Both the position numbers and the translations under genes were made by a program. The notes beneath the pieces were generated by a model. It had not been told where the DNA came from. It did no database searches and was given only the letters and a program-made list of their open reading frames with translations. Shown piece after piece: positions 28,120-37,203 of a DNA stretch of 64,000 bases. The stretch covers positions 14,256 to 78,255 of the forward strand of contig CAIYBN010000039.1 in the NCBI GenBank assembly GCA_903924465.1. The letters are read 5' to 3'. This DNA is from an uncultured Myxococcales bacterium (GTDB taxonomy: Bacteria; Myxococcota_A; UBA9042). Each line of letters starts with the position of its first letter. The first letter of the stretch is position 1.

Positions 28120-29685
28120 ATGAAGACCGGAGAGCAAGGTGAACTCATCCTGGCCATCGACGTAGGGACCCAATCGGTCCGCGCCGGGCTCGTCGACTTG
28201 ACGGGGGCGGTTCACCACTTGGTCAAAACGGCGATCGAGCCCTACTTTTCTGCGCAGCCGGGGTGGGCTGAGCAGGACCCGGAGTACTACTGGAAGACGG
28301 TTTGTGACGTTTGCCGGCAAGTGCTCGCCGCCGACCCGTCCGCGCGGGGGCGTCTGCAGGCGGTGACCGTGACCACGCAGCGCGTGACCATGATCAACGT
28401 CGATCGCGACGGCAAGCCACTGCGCCCGGCGATCGTCTGGCTCGACCAGCGCAAGGCCGACGTGGACCAGGTGCTGTCGGCCCCACTTCGGCTGGCGCTC
28501 AAGGGCATCGGTCTGTCGGAGTTTGTGGACTTCGCGGTTGGGGTCAGCCGGTCTAATTGGATCCGCCAGCACCAGCCGGAAGTCTGGGAGCAGACTCACA
28601 AGTTCTTGTTTCTTTCTGGCTTTCTGGCCCACCGGCTCACCGGCGAATTCCGCGAATCCACAGGCAATGTGTTCGGCGCGATCCCATTTGACGTCAAACG
28701 CGGCAGCTGGGCGGGCAAGCTGGATCTGAAGTGGAAGTTCTTTCCGGTGGAGCCGGAGAAACTGACGGAGTTGGTGCCGCCTTCGTCGTTCCTTGGCCAC
28801 ATCACGACAGCCGCCGCTGAAGTCACGGGCATCCCGGCAGGACTTCCGCTCATCGCCGCCGCTGCCGACAAGGCCTGCGACGTACTTGGCGCCGGTTGCC
28901 TCACCCCCGAGCGCGCCTGCATCAGCTTTGGCACGACGGCTACCATCAACACGCATAACAAACGCTATGTCGAGCTCTGGTCGATGATGCCGCCGTACCC
29001 TTCGGCCATCCCCGGTCATTTCTACTCGGAAGTCGGCGTCGTGCGCGGCCTGTGGCTGGTCTCGTGGTTCAAGGAGGAGTTCGGTCTGCACGAGAGGCAG
29101 TTGGCCCATGCGACGCAAGCTTCGCCAGAGGAATTGCTTGAGGAACTTCTCAAAGAGGTTCCAGCCGGTAGCAAAGGGTTGATTTGCCACCCCAACTGGG
29201 CGCCAGCCTTGGGCCAGTCGCGCGCCACCAAGGGAGCGATCATTGGCTTTGGAGAGGTCCACACGAGGGCCTATGTCTACCGCGCCATCATCGAAGGATT
29301 GGTCTACGCACTCCGCGAGGGGGCGGAGCTGACGGAGCGGAAGAACAAGCTGGCCATCACCGATGTGGTCGCCACGGGTGGCGGCTCCAAAAGCGACGCG
29401 ATCCTGCAAATTACCGCCGATGTCTTTGGCCGCCCAGTACACCGTCCGCACACCAGCGAGACGTCGCTGCTCGGCGCCGCCATGGTTGCCGCGGTAGGGC
29501 TCAAGCTCATGCCGGACTTCGCAACTGCGGTGGCGGCGATGACCCGAGTGGCTGCAAGTTTCGAGCCCGAAAGTGCCAACCGAACGCTGTACGATGACCT
29601 CTACTCTCGGGTTTACAAAGGAATGTACAAGCAACTTCTGCCATTGAACGAGCAGATCCGAGCCATTACGGGATATCCGACCTGA
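28120..29685 (+). CDS. FGGY-family carbohydrate kinase
   Basis: N-terminal LILAIDVGTQSVRAGLVD (actin-like ATPase phosphate-1 motif). 521 aa with the typical two-domain FGGY architecture. The substrate is not assignable. Confidence 0.75.
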   Translation: MKTGEQGELILAIDVGTQSVRAGLVDLTGAVHHLVKTAIEPYFSAQPGWAEQDPEYYWKTVCDVCRQVLAADPSARGRLQAVTVTTQRVTMINVDRDGKPLRPAIVWLDQRKADVDQVLSAPLRLALKGIGLSEFVDFAVGVSRSNWIRQHQPEVWEQTHKFLFLSGFLAHRLTGEFRESTGNVFGAIPFDVKRGSWAGKLDLKWKFFPVEPEKLTELVPPSSFLGHITTAAAEVTGIPAGLPLIAAAADKACDVLGAGCLTPERACISFGTTATINTHNKRYVELWSMMPPYPSAIPGHFYSEVGVVRGLWLVSWFKEEFGLHERQLAHATQASPEELLEELLKEVPAGSKGLICHPNWAPALGQSRATKGAIIGFGEVHTRAYVYRAIIEGLVYALREGAELTERKNKLAITDVVATGGGSKSDAILQITADVFGRPVHRPHTSETSLLGAAMVAAVGLKLMPDFATAVAAMTRVAASFEPESANRTLYDDLYSRVYKGMYKQLLPLNEQIRAITGYPT

Positions 29686-29949
29686 CGCGTGTCGAATGGC
29701 TGCCGTTGGAGGACTTGTCAACGCGGTCAGTGGAATGGGCGGCGACGACAATTCCGCGGACTGGCGCTGCGCGGTGGCATTTGTCGTGAAGACCGCAGAT
29801 AGGCGGAAAACCTGCGCCAGTTGACGATTTCGACGCCCTGGGCAACGCCGCGTACTCGCAGTCGCTCCGGCGAATCACGTCCCGCCAGCTCTCCTTGCAA
29901 ACTTGACCTGCCGATCTCCGTGTGATCTTCGCCGCTTGACGGTGTCGCG

Positions 29950-30120
29950 ATGCGCGAAGCACTGTCTGAAGGTTTGCGGCGGTGGGCGGTAGATTCGTTC
30001 GAGGACGGCGACGGGAAGTACACGGAAATCGCGGTGCGGTTTGGCATCGGCTCGGCGTCGCTCAAGCGCCAGGGGCGGCGATTGCGCGAAACCGGCGAGT
30101 ACGGTGTGTGCAAGGGGTGA
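29950..30120 (+). pseudogene. Remnant of an IS630/Tc1-family transposase N-terminal HTH (57 codons)
   Basis: MREALSEGLRRWAVDSFEDGDGKYTEIAVRFGIGSASLKRQGRRLRETGEY matches the pattern of the IS630 Orf N-terminus (...EIAxRFGVSxxxVxKxxxRYRETG...). Nothing transposase-like follows in any frame. Confidence 0.4.
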
Positions 30121-30323
30121 TTCGTGGCTCTCCATTTGACTGGAAGCACTGTGACACCGCTCATCTGTGTGGTGCTCCGACCTGAACGTCCGGGGAGCGA
30201 CTTGGGTGTCGGCTCCGTTGTATTTGTTGCAGGAAGTGTCGGGATTTTGCGTGTCGGGCGTCTTGACGCGTGGCGCGGCACGTTGCATCGTTGCCGCCTC
30301 TGGACTGTGCAAAGGCGCCGGCC

Positions 30324-31718
30324 ATGGACGACACGCCCCTTCTTCGTCATCAGCACTACCTCGAACGCGCGGCCGAGCGCGCCGACCGCGCCGAGCTCGA
30401 TTTCGCGCTGCAGCTCTACGAGGACCCAGCGCTGCTGGCGGGTGTGCTGGCCGAGGCGACTTTGCCGCCGGGCGATGCGCGCATTGCGCTCGGTCTGGAT
30501 CCAGCGGGCGATGGTCCGTGGCTGGTCGTGACGCGCGAGGGCGAGTTTGTCACTGTCCTGGGCAAAGGCATGAAGCCGACTGGGCTCCATCCGCTGCAGG
30601 CGAGCCAGGTGGCGAGCCTCGCGGCGCGCGTACTCAAGCAGCGTCACCGTCAGACGGCTGCGGATGCCGTGGTGCCGCCGGACCGCCGCGGCGAGTTCTT
30701 GACGCGCTTTTTCCGTCAAGGGTCGGATGTTACCCGGGAGGATTTGCTGTTGTTTGTGGCGTGGTTGCCGGTCATGTACCACAGCTATCAGCACGTGACG
30801 CTTTCATGGCTGCAGCTCGCCGTCGAGATCTTCGAAATGGGCCAGGTCGCGCTGCAAGCCCCACCAAAGCGTTTTGACAAACATCTGAAGAACATGCACG
30901 AGGCGTTCTGGGCCTGCAGCGCGATGTTGCCGGTGCTCGCCTACGAGGGCCGCCGGCACGATTGGCTGGGCGATGACCCTCTGCTATTGCCGCGGCTGAT
31001 GAGCCGCGACGGCTTCGTCGGCCCGACCCTGCGCTCGGCGTGGGCGCTTGGGCGGATTGGCAAGCCCATCTTGGCGCTGATCAAGCAGAATTTTCGCGAC
31101 GCCCAGGATGTGAGCGTCTACTACGCCTGCTTGTACGGCCTCTTCGTGATGGCGTTCCGCCACCAGGCTTTGCGCGCGGAAATTCGCAAGCTGCTCACGG
31201 CAAAGCAGCCGGAAACGACGTGGCCGCAAGTCTTGGCCAACCTGCATATGGCGTTGGCGCCGTACTTCGAGCACGCGTTCGACCAGCCGGAGACGCTGGT
31301 GGAGTTGCACGTGGAGGTCGCGCGCAATCACACGCACCGGCTTTGCCACATGGTCGGCGGCGAGCTCGCCAGGCGTTATCTCACGCCGGCGGACGTGCCC
31401 GTGGACCTGGCGAAATGCGTCGCGTCGACGATGAGCGGCGACTGCCGGGACGCGCGCTTCCTGCCACTGATGCTCGCGAATTGCGTTTGGCTGGCTCAAG
31501 TTGAAGCCGAGGCGCTGTTCCCGCCTGCGGAATTCATGAAGCACTGGAGGGTACCGTGGCGGCGCGAGCACTCGACCGTCATGATCAAGCAGTCCCTGGG
31601 TGGCCGGCTGCTAACGCCGGTGCGGGCGCCGGAGAGGCAGGGACGCAACGAGCGGTGCAACTGCGGAAGTGGTCGGAAGTTCAAGGTTTGCTGCGGAGTA
31701 ACGACGCAGTCCGCATGA
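30324..31718 (+). CDS. Hypothetical alpha-helical protein with a C-terminal SEC-C metal-binding motif
   Basis: 464 aa, no signal peptide, ending ...RCNCGSGRKFKVCCG (the SEC-C motif CxCGSGxKxKxCC). ATG at 30324. Confidence 0.6.
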   Translation: MDDTPLLRHQHYLERAAERADRAELDFALQLYEDPALLAGVLAEATLPPGDARIALGLDPAGDGPWLVVTREGEFVTVLGKGMKPTGLHPLQASQVASLAARVLKQRHRQTAADAVVPPDRRGEFLTRFFRQGSDVTREDLLLFVAWLPVMYHSYQHVTLSWLQLAVEIFEMGQVALQAPPKRFDKHLKNMHEAFWACSAMLPVLAYEGRRHDWLGDDPLLLPRLMSRDGFVGPTLRSAWALGRIGKPILALIKQNFRDAQDVSVYYACLYGLFVMAFRHQALRAEIRKLLTAKQPETTWPQVLANLHMALAPYFEHAFDQPETLVELHVEVARNHTHRLCHMVGGELARRYLTPADVPVDLAKCVASTMSGDCRDARFLPLMLANCVWLAQVEAEALFPPAEFMKHWRVPWRREHSTVMIKQSLGGRLLTPVRAPERQGRNERCNCGSGRKFKVCCGVTTQSA

Positions 31719-32215
31719 GTGACGGTTCGCGCGTCCGGCTGCATGCATCGCAATCGTGGTCGAACACGATGACCAGTTTCAACAGCGCGTGGCGTTCCGG
31801 ACCCGGGACGAAACGGTCCTGGTGAAGCCATGGAGTTGCAGATTGTCCACGGCGGCGAGGGTGAAACGACTGCGTGCGGCGTGACAGCCCGGAGCTGGCG
31901 GCCTGCCTTTGCCCCGGATGAGCTGTGCCGCAAGACTGTCTCAAGCCAGCGACCGTGGATGGCGTTGAACGTGCGCTGCTGCGTCCGCCACCATGGAGAA
32001 CGGCCAGGACGCGCGCGCTCGAGTTGGACACGAAACAGGTGGACGCGATTCGGCCGTTCTTCCGGTGGCCCGCCAACCACACCGGCCTCGGCGACATTGC
32101 GCTGGCGTCCCGCGTCCACGCAATTACTGCGTTCGTCCCGGCGGACGGAGAGACCTGGCAGCCGGGGATTCGCGGGTCCGGTAACGACCGAGGTGGTCGA
32201 AAGGGCCGACGCACG

Positions 32216-32881
32216 TCAAGCCGGAGCCCCCGCTGGTTCCACCATCGGTCGAAAATGCGGCATTTGCGCGCCACAGCACGGTGGCAGTTCGTCGCGCAAC
32301 ACATGCAAGGTCTGCATCGCCTTCTCCAGAAAATCCGCGGAAGCCTCGACAAAGATTCGCCGCGGGTGCCCTGCCCACGCGTCTTCGATGCGCTTGTCCA
32401 GTTCCATCGCTTGCTGCGCGTTCTCGATGCGCAGGGGATTGGAGTGATCAAAGCCAACCGTGGGCGTGCGCAGGTGGATCACCGCATCGTAGCGGGCAAT
32501 TTGCTCGGCTTGCGTCGTGCCCACGGCTTGCAGGAACGATTGCGCGTCCTGCGGCCAATACGCGATGCCATCCAGCGTGCCACGATCGCACAAGGTGATG
32601 GCCGGTTCCGATTCATCGTCCACGGACCGCTCCAACTCGCGCTGGACGTAGAAAATCGCCCGCTGCGCCGCCATCCGCCCGGGATCACTTGGCAAACGCG
32701 GAAAGCCACCGCCAAACAGCAGGCTCGCCGACTCGGGCAGCACGTGCACGTGGCGACAGAAATACTTGCGTGCCAATTCCAAAATCGCCGTCTTGCCCGC
32801 GCCCGGGCCGCCGGTCAGGACAATACGCCGCCGTGGATGGACGTTTTGGCAGTGACAAGGATGGTGGTGACCGTTGCTCAT
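32216..32881 (-). CDS. P-loop ATPase of the AAA_28 (NadR/kinase-like) type
   Basis: Walker A RIVLTGGPGAGKTA and a conserved CDRGTLDGIAYW. The start overlaps the sbcC stop (32878-32881), so it is probably co-transcribed with sbcDC. Confidence 0.55.
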   Translation of the reverse strand: MSNGHHHPCHCQNVHPRRRIVLTGGPGAGKTAILELARKYFCRHVHVLPESASLLFGGGFPRLPSDPGRMAAQRAIFYVQRELERSVDDESEPAITLCDRGTLDGIAYWPQDAQSFLQAVGTTQAEQIARYDAVIHLRTPTVGFDHSNPLRIENAQQAMELDKRIEDAWAGHPRRIFVEASADFLEKAMQTLHVLRDELPPCCGAQMPHFRPMVEPAGAPA

Positions 32882-35800
32882 GAGCCTCCTGTGATGCGCA
32901 CGGTGCTGCCGCGCAGGCTGGATTCCACGCAAATGCCGGCGCGAATTTGCTGTTTCAATTCGTCGACGTGAGAAATGATGCCGACGCTGCGACCGCCCGC
33001 CTGCAAGCCCATCAGCGTGTCGATGGCGAGTTCCAGCGCTTCCGTGTCCAAGCTGCCAAAACCTTCGTCGATGAACAGCGTGTCCAGTTGGATACCGCCG
33101 GCATGTCGCTGCACCACATCGGACAGCCCCAGCGCCAGCGCCAACGACGCCATGAAGCCTTCGCCACCCGACAGCGAATGCGCCGGCCGCGACCGTCCCG
33201 TGTACGCGTCCGTCACGTCCAGATCCAGACCGGCAGCTTTGCGGCCATCGACTGGATCCAGTCGCCGCACGAGTTCATAGCGGTTGCGCGTCATCGTCTG
33301 TAGCCGCGCGGTCGCCGCCGCGAGCACTTCGTCAAGCAGCGTCGCCAACACAAAGCGCTGGAATGTCAGACGGCTCGACGTCGACACGCCGTTGGCAATC
33401 TGCGCCAGCGCCCCGGTCACGCGGTACTGCGTCTCGATGTCCCCAAGCTGCTCCGCCCATTCCGCCAGTTGCCGCAACGTCGCGTTCGTTTGGTCGCGCC
33501 GCGCCTGGACATCCTGAATTTGCCGCAAGATTGCATCCACTTGGTTCCGCGCCAAGGTCAGCGCCGCTTCCAACTGCGACAAATCCGGCACTTGCAGATC
33601 CTCCACCGCCTCGTCCGCCCGCAGCAGGCGCGCCCGCGCCGCCGTCAGCAGCTCCGCGTGCTGGTGGATGCGGAGCTCCAGCGCTTGAAGGGCCTCCGCC
33701 GTCAGCCGCGCCGCGAGAAATGCCGCTTCGTCGCCCAGCCCGGTCCGCACGAGCGCTTCCTCCCACGCCGTTTCGGCCAACGCCAACCGATCGCGGGTCT
33801 GCACGAGCGTCTCCTGCCGACCCGCCAACCGCTGCGTCGCCGCCGCGTGATCCGCCGTTGCCCGTGTGTGCGCGTCCTGCGCCTGCTGCAGCGCCTTGTC
33901 CAGGGTGTCGCACGCCGCCTGCGCCGCAGCCATCGCTGCCGTCACCGCCCCCGGCGCACGCAGGGTCTCCGGCACCAGTTGTTCTAACCCCGAAAGCGTC
34001 GCTTCCGCCGCGGCCGCGCGTTGCCCCGCTTCGCCGGCCAGGTCCCGCAGCACCTCCAAATCGCTTTGCAGATTCGCCACGTGGGTCGCCGCTGCTTGTG
34101 CCGTCCCACCCGCGGCCGTCCATGCCGTGTGCGCAGCTTCCGCGCTGGTCAGCGCCGCGCGTGCCGCCGCAACATCGACCGCACCGCTCGAGATTTCGAC
34201 CGTCAGTCGTGTCCGCGCCGAGGTGTGCGCGGCCTGGGCCACCGCCTGGTCCTGAGCCATCTGCGCCGCACGCTGTTGCGCCGTTTGCCGCGCCGCGTCG
34301 GCCCGCTCTGCTGCCATGCGGGCCGCTTCCCAGCCGGCTTCCGAGGGCACCGCGGGGCCTGCCGTTGCCAACGCCGGATGCTCGGCACTGCCGCAGACTG
34401 GACACGCCTCGCCCTCCTGCAGATGCCGCGCCAACACCGCCGCCTGCGCCGATCGCCACTGCTGGTCCAGCGTCGCAAACCCGTCCTTCGCCGCTTGCCA
34501 GACCACCAGCGCCGCCCGGTCCGCTGCCTGCGCCTGCTCGGCCAGCTCCTGCGCCTGCATCGCCCGTTGCGCCAACCGCTGCACTTCCTGCTCCAGCTGG
34601 GCCAGACGCATCGCCTGCTCCAGCCGCAACCGGCAAGCTTCCACGCTCGCAGCTTGGGCCGCCAGTTCATCGACGTCCCGCTTCGCCTGGACCTGCGCTG
34701 CCTGTTCCTTCTGCAATTTCGCCTGGGCGTCGCTCACCACGCGCTGTTGCTTGTCCGCCTGCTGCCGCGCCGCCATCGCCGTCGCCACGGCCTGCTGCAG
34801 TTGCGCCACGCGCTCGACTTGCCCCCGCAGCGCCGCCAACGCCTGTTGCCTCGCGTCGCGCTCCGGCTGGCGCTGGATTTGCTCCTGCAAGGTGCGCGCC
34901 ATCACCTGCGCCCTCGTTTCTGCGTCCGCCAACAGCGCCTGCGCCTCGCGCACCGCCTCGTCCGCCGCGTGATGCTGGCTCCGCGCTTGCGTCCGCGCCA
35001 CGTGCGCTGGCGTCGCCCGATCCGCGCGCGCACCCGCTTGAGCGCGCTCCTGATCGCGCGCGTGCTCCGCCTGCCTGGCGTCCAGCGCCGCCAGCTGCCC
35101 GCGTGCGTCCAACCGTTCGCGAAATTGACTTTCCGCCTGGCGTCCCGCCGCCAGCGCTGCCCCGGCTCCCTGCTCTGTGGACCTCGCCGCGTGCTGAGCG
35201 GCTTGCAGTTCAAGCAGTTGCACCGACAGCGCACCAGCACGCGCCGCCACCTCCTCCACCGACGCCGCTTCCGCCGATTTCAGCAGCACATCCCGCCCGT
35301 TGCGCGCCTCTTTGCCCTGCGCCTCCAACGCCGCAGCTCGCGACTTCAGTTCGTCCTGCACCCGCTGGTAGATCCACGTGCCAAAAAGCGTCTTGAGAAT
35401 CGCCTCCCGGTCCGCAGTCCCTGCGCTCAGCAGCTGACGGAATTGCCCCTGCGGCAGCACGACAACCTGTCGGAACTGCTGGACATTGAAGCCCATCATC
35501 TGCTCGATCTGCGCGTCCACGACCTTCGAACTCGTCCCCAACAACTGCGTCGCGCCGCCGGTCAGTTCCTGCAATTCCGCCTTGGCCGGCTCCGTCGTCA
35601 TCCCGCCACCGCGCTTCGCCGGGCGATCCTGCTGCGGACTGCGCTGGATGCGGTAAGTCCTTGCACCCACAGCAAAAGTCAGCATCACTTCCGTGGCCAA
35701 GTTCGGCTCGGCAAAGTCACTGCGCAGATTGGCCGGGTTGCGCTCCGTGCCCGACGCTTCGCCGTACAAGGCAAAACACAGGCCATCCAGGATCGACGTC

Positions 35801-35922
35801 TTGCCCGCGCCGGTCGGGCCGGAAATCAGGTAGAGTGAACCGGTCGGCAGCAACGTGAAATCAATCACTTCGCGACCGGCGAAGGGACCAAAGGCCTGCA
35901 AGGTCAGGACGAGCGGCTTCAT
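32878..35922 (-). CDS. sbcC: Exonuclease SbcC (Rad50-like ATPase)
   Basis: N-terminal MKPLVLTLQAFGPFAG...ISGPTGAGKTSILDGLCFALYG. It has a long coiled-coil with a CxxC zinc hook (EGEACPVCGS) and C-terminal signature and D-loop motifs (LSGGEGFMASLALALGL, LFIDEGFGSLD). It overlaps sbcD by 4 nt. Confidence 0.9.
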   Translation of the reverse strand: MKPLVLTLQAFGPFAGREVIDFTLLPTGSLYLISGPTGAGKTSILDGLCFALYGEASGTERNPANLRSDFAEPNLATEVMLTFAVGARTYRIQRSPQQDRPAKRGGGMTTEPAKAELQELTGGATQLLGTSSKVVDAQIEQMMGFNVQQFRQVVVLPQGQFRQLLSAGTADREAILKTLFGTWIYQRVQDELKSRAAALEAQGKEARNGRDVLLKSAEAASVEEVAARAGALSVQLLELQAAQHAARSTEQGAGAALAAGRQAESQFRERLDARGQLAALDARQAEHARDQERAQAGARADRATPAHVARTQARSQHHAADEAVREAQALLADAETRAQVMARTLQEQIQRQPERDARQQALAALRGQVERVAQLQQAVATAMAARQQADKQQRVVSDAQAKLQKEQAAQVQAKRDVDELAAQAASVEACRLRLEQAMRLAQLEQEVQRLAQRAMQAQELAEQAQAADRAALVVWQAAKDGFATLDQQWRSAQAAVLARHLQEGEACPVCGSAEHPALATAGPAVPSEAGWEAARMAAERADAARQTAQQRAAQMAQDQAVAQAAHTSARTRLTVEISSGAVDVAAARAALTSAEAAHTAWTAAGGTAQAAATHVANLQSDLEVLRDLAGEAGQRAAAAEATLSGLEQLVPETLRAPGAVTAAMAAAQAACDTLDKALQQAQDAHTRATADHAAATQRLAGRQETLVQTRDRLALAETAWEEALVRTGLGDEAAFLAARLTAEALQALELRIHQHAELLTAARARLLRADEAVEDLQVPDLSQLEAALTLARNQVDAILRQIQDVQARRDQTNATLRQLAEWAEQLGDIETQYRVTGALAQIANGVSTSSRLTFQRFVLATLLDEVLAAATARLQTMTRNRYELVRRLDPVDGRKAAGLDLDVTDAYTGRSRPAHSLSGGEGFMASLALALGLSDVVQRHAGGIQLDTLFIDEGFGSLDTEALELAIDTLMGLQAGGRSVGIISHVDELKQQIRAGICVESSLRGSTVRITGGS

Positions 35923-37067
35923 GCGTCCGCCTCCCGCTTGGCCAACTCCGTCACGACCTGCGCCAGCACGGCTTGGCCGGGCGCATCCAGGTCCTGGCCC
36001 GTCACTTCGCGGTAGAAATCGCCAAAAAGATCTTCCACGCGCACCTTGCGGTGATCGCGGCCCGGCGCCATCGCCCGGTTCGTGCCTTCCAGCACAACGC
36101 GTTCAATCGCCAGCGCGTTCGGGTACGCAGCGCGCAGCTTGCCCATCGCGTCCAAGATCGCACCCGGATCGTGCAGCCGCGCCAGGACATAGTCGTCGGC
36201 ATGAGGATCCGCGCGGCCGCGTTCGACCAAATCCGCCAGCACGCCGTTCAGCACCCGCAAGTCCCGCAGCGGCCGCAGCGGCAGGCGCTGCGTCGTCACC
36301 TGACCTGTGGGGCCCAGTTCAATCAGCGTCGTCGACTTCTGCTGGTCCAATTCTGAAAACGAATACTTCAGCAGCGAACCGGCGTACTGCACCGGCGTCG
36401 GCCCGATCTGCTGCGGACGGTGAAGATGCCCGAGGGCGACGAAATCGAAGCCGGCAAACAGCTCCACGCCTACCGCGCCGGTACCACCGACACTCAAGTC
36501 GCGTTCCGACTCGCTGACCAGCCCGCCTTGCACAAACGCGTGCGCCACCAGCACCGTGCGCTCGCCCTGCCGCATCTGCCGGCGCACGTCCACCAGCTGC
36601 GCTTCAAACGCCGCGTGGTGATCCGCGAGCGTGTCGTCCTGCAACGCGTGCCGGACGGTCGGCGGATCGGCGTAGGGCAGCGGAAAGATCGCCACCGAAC
36701 CGTGGGCATCCTGCAACCGGACCGGCGCCACGTGCGCATCCGTCGGCCCACGCACCGTCAAACCCGCGCGCTGCAGCACCTGCGAGCCAAAGGCCAGGCG
36801 ATCCGCGCCATCGTGGTTACCGGCGATTGCAACCACTGGAATCTGCAGGTCGATGACCAGCCGCGTCAGCGTCTTGTCCAGCAAGCGCACGGCTTCCGCG
36901 GGTGGCGTGGCACGGTCGTAGATATCGCCAGCCAGCAAAATCGCATCCGGGCGATGCGTCGCGGCCAGCTGCACGAATTGATCGAGCACGTGCGCCTGCT
37001 CCGCAAGCAGCGAGACACCGTGGTAGATGCGGCCCAGATGCCAATCGGCGGTGTGAAGCAGGCGCAT
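35919..37067 (-). CDS. sbcD: Exonuclease SbcD (Mre11-like nuclease)
   Basis: MRLLHTADWHLGR...GDIYDR...GNHD phosphoesterase motifs. The start is taken at Met68 of the track ORF (cat at 37065-37067). Confidence 0.85.
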   Translation of the reverse strand: MRLLHTADWHLGRIYHGVSLLAEQAHVLDQFVQLAATHRPDAILLAGDIYDRATPPAEAVRLLDKTLTRLVIDLQIPVVAIAGNHDGADRLAFGSQVLQRAGLTVRGPTDAHVAPVRLQDAHGSVAIFPLPYADPPTVRHALQDDTLADHHAAFEAQLVDVRRQMRQGERTVLVAHAFVQGGLVSESERDLSVGGTGAVGVELFAGFDFVALGHLHRPQQIGPTPVQYAGSLLKYSFSELDQQKSTTLIELGPTGQVTTQRLPLRPLRDLRVLNGVLADLVERGRADPHADDYVLARLHDPGAILDAMGKLRAAYPNALAIERVVLEGTNRAMAPGRDHRKVRVEDLFGDFYREVTGQDLDAPGQAVLAQVVTELAKREADA

Positions 37068-37203
37068 GGGAACCTTGGAGCCAGGAGGCGCGGACGATAG
37101 CGTAGGCATCGGCACGGCGGATGGCAATGGCGGCGGTTGGCGAATAGAACCGCGGCCTGCTACGTTGATTCCATGCGGTGCGTGGTCGCCGTCTGGAGGG
37201 GTC

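Noticed and set aside
29727-30794. 355-aa minus-strand ORF overlapping the IS630 remnant and the 5' end of the SEC-C protein gene
   Set aside because: Arg-rich junk composition. It overlaps a plus-strand gene with a clean ATG and a coherent protein sequence.
31719-32215. ORFs 31681..32457 (-), 31830..32447 (+) and 31496..32119 (-) in the ~500-bp gap after the SEC-C protein gene
   Set aside because: All have Arg/Ser/Cys-rich nonsense-like composition and mutually overlap. I could not support any gene here. The gap is left unassigned and may hold a small gene or RNA that I cannot recognise by eye.
33363-35396. 677-aa Pro/Ala-rich plus-strand ORF. Also 34021..35838 (+, Arg-rich) and 33332..34636 (-, Gly/Ala-rich)
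   Set aside because: All lie inside or antisense to sbcC, whose Rad50-like motifs and coiled-coil are clear on the minus strand. The low-complexity translations are GC-driven artefacts.
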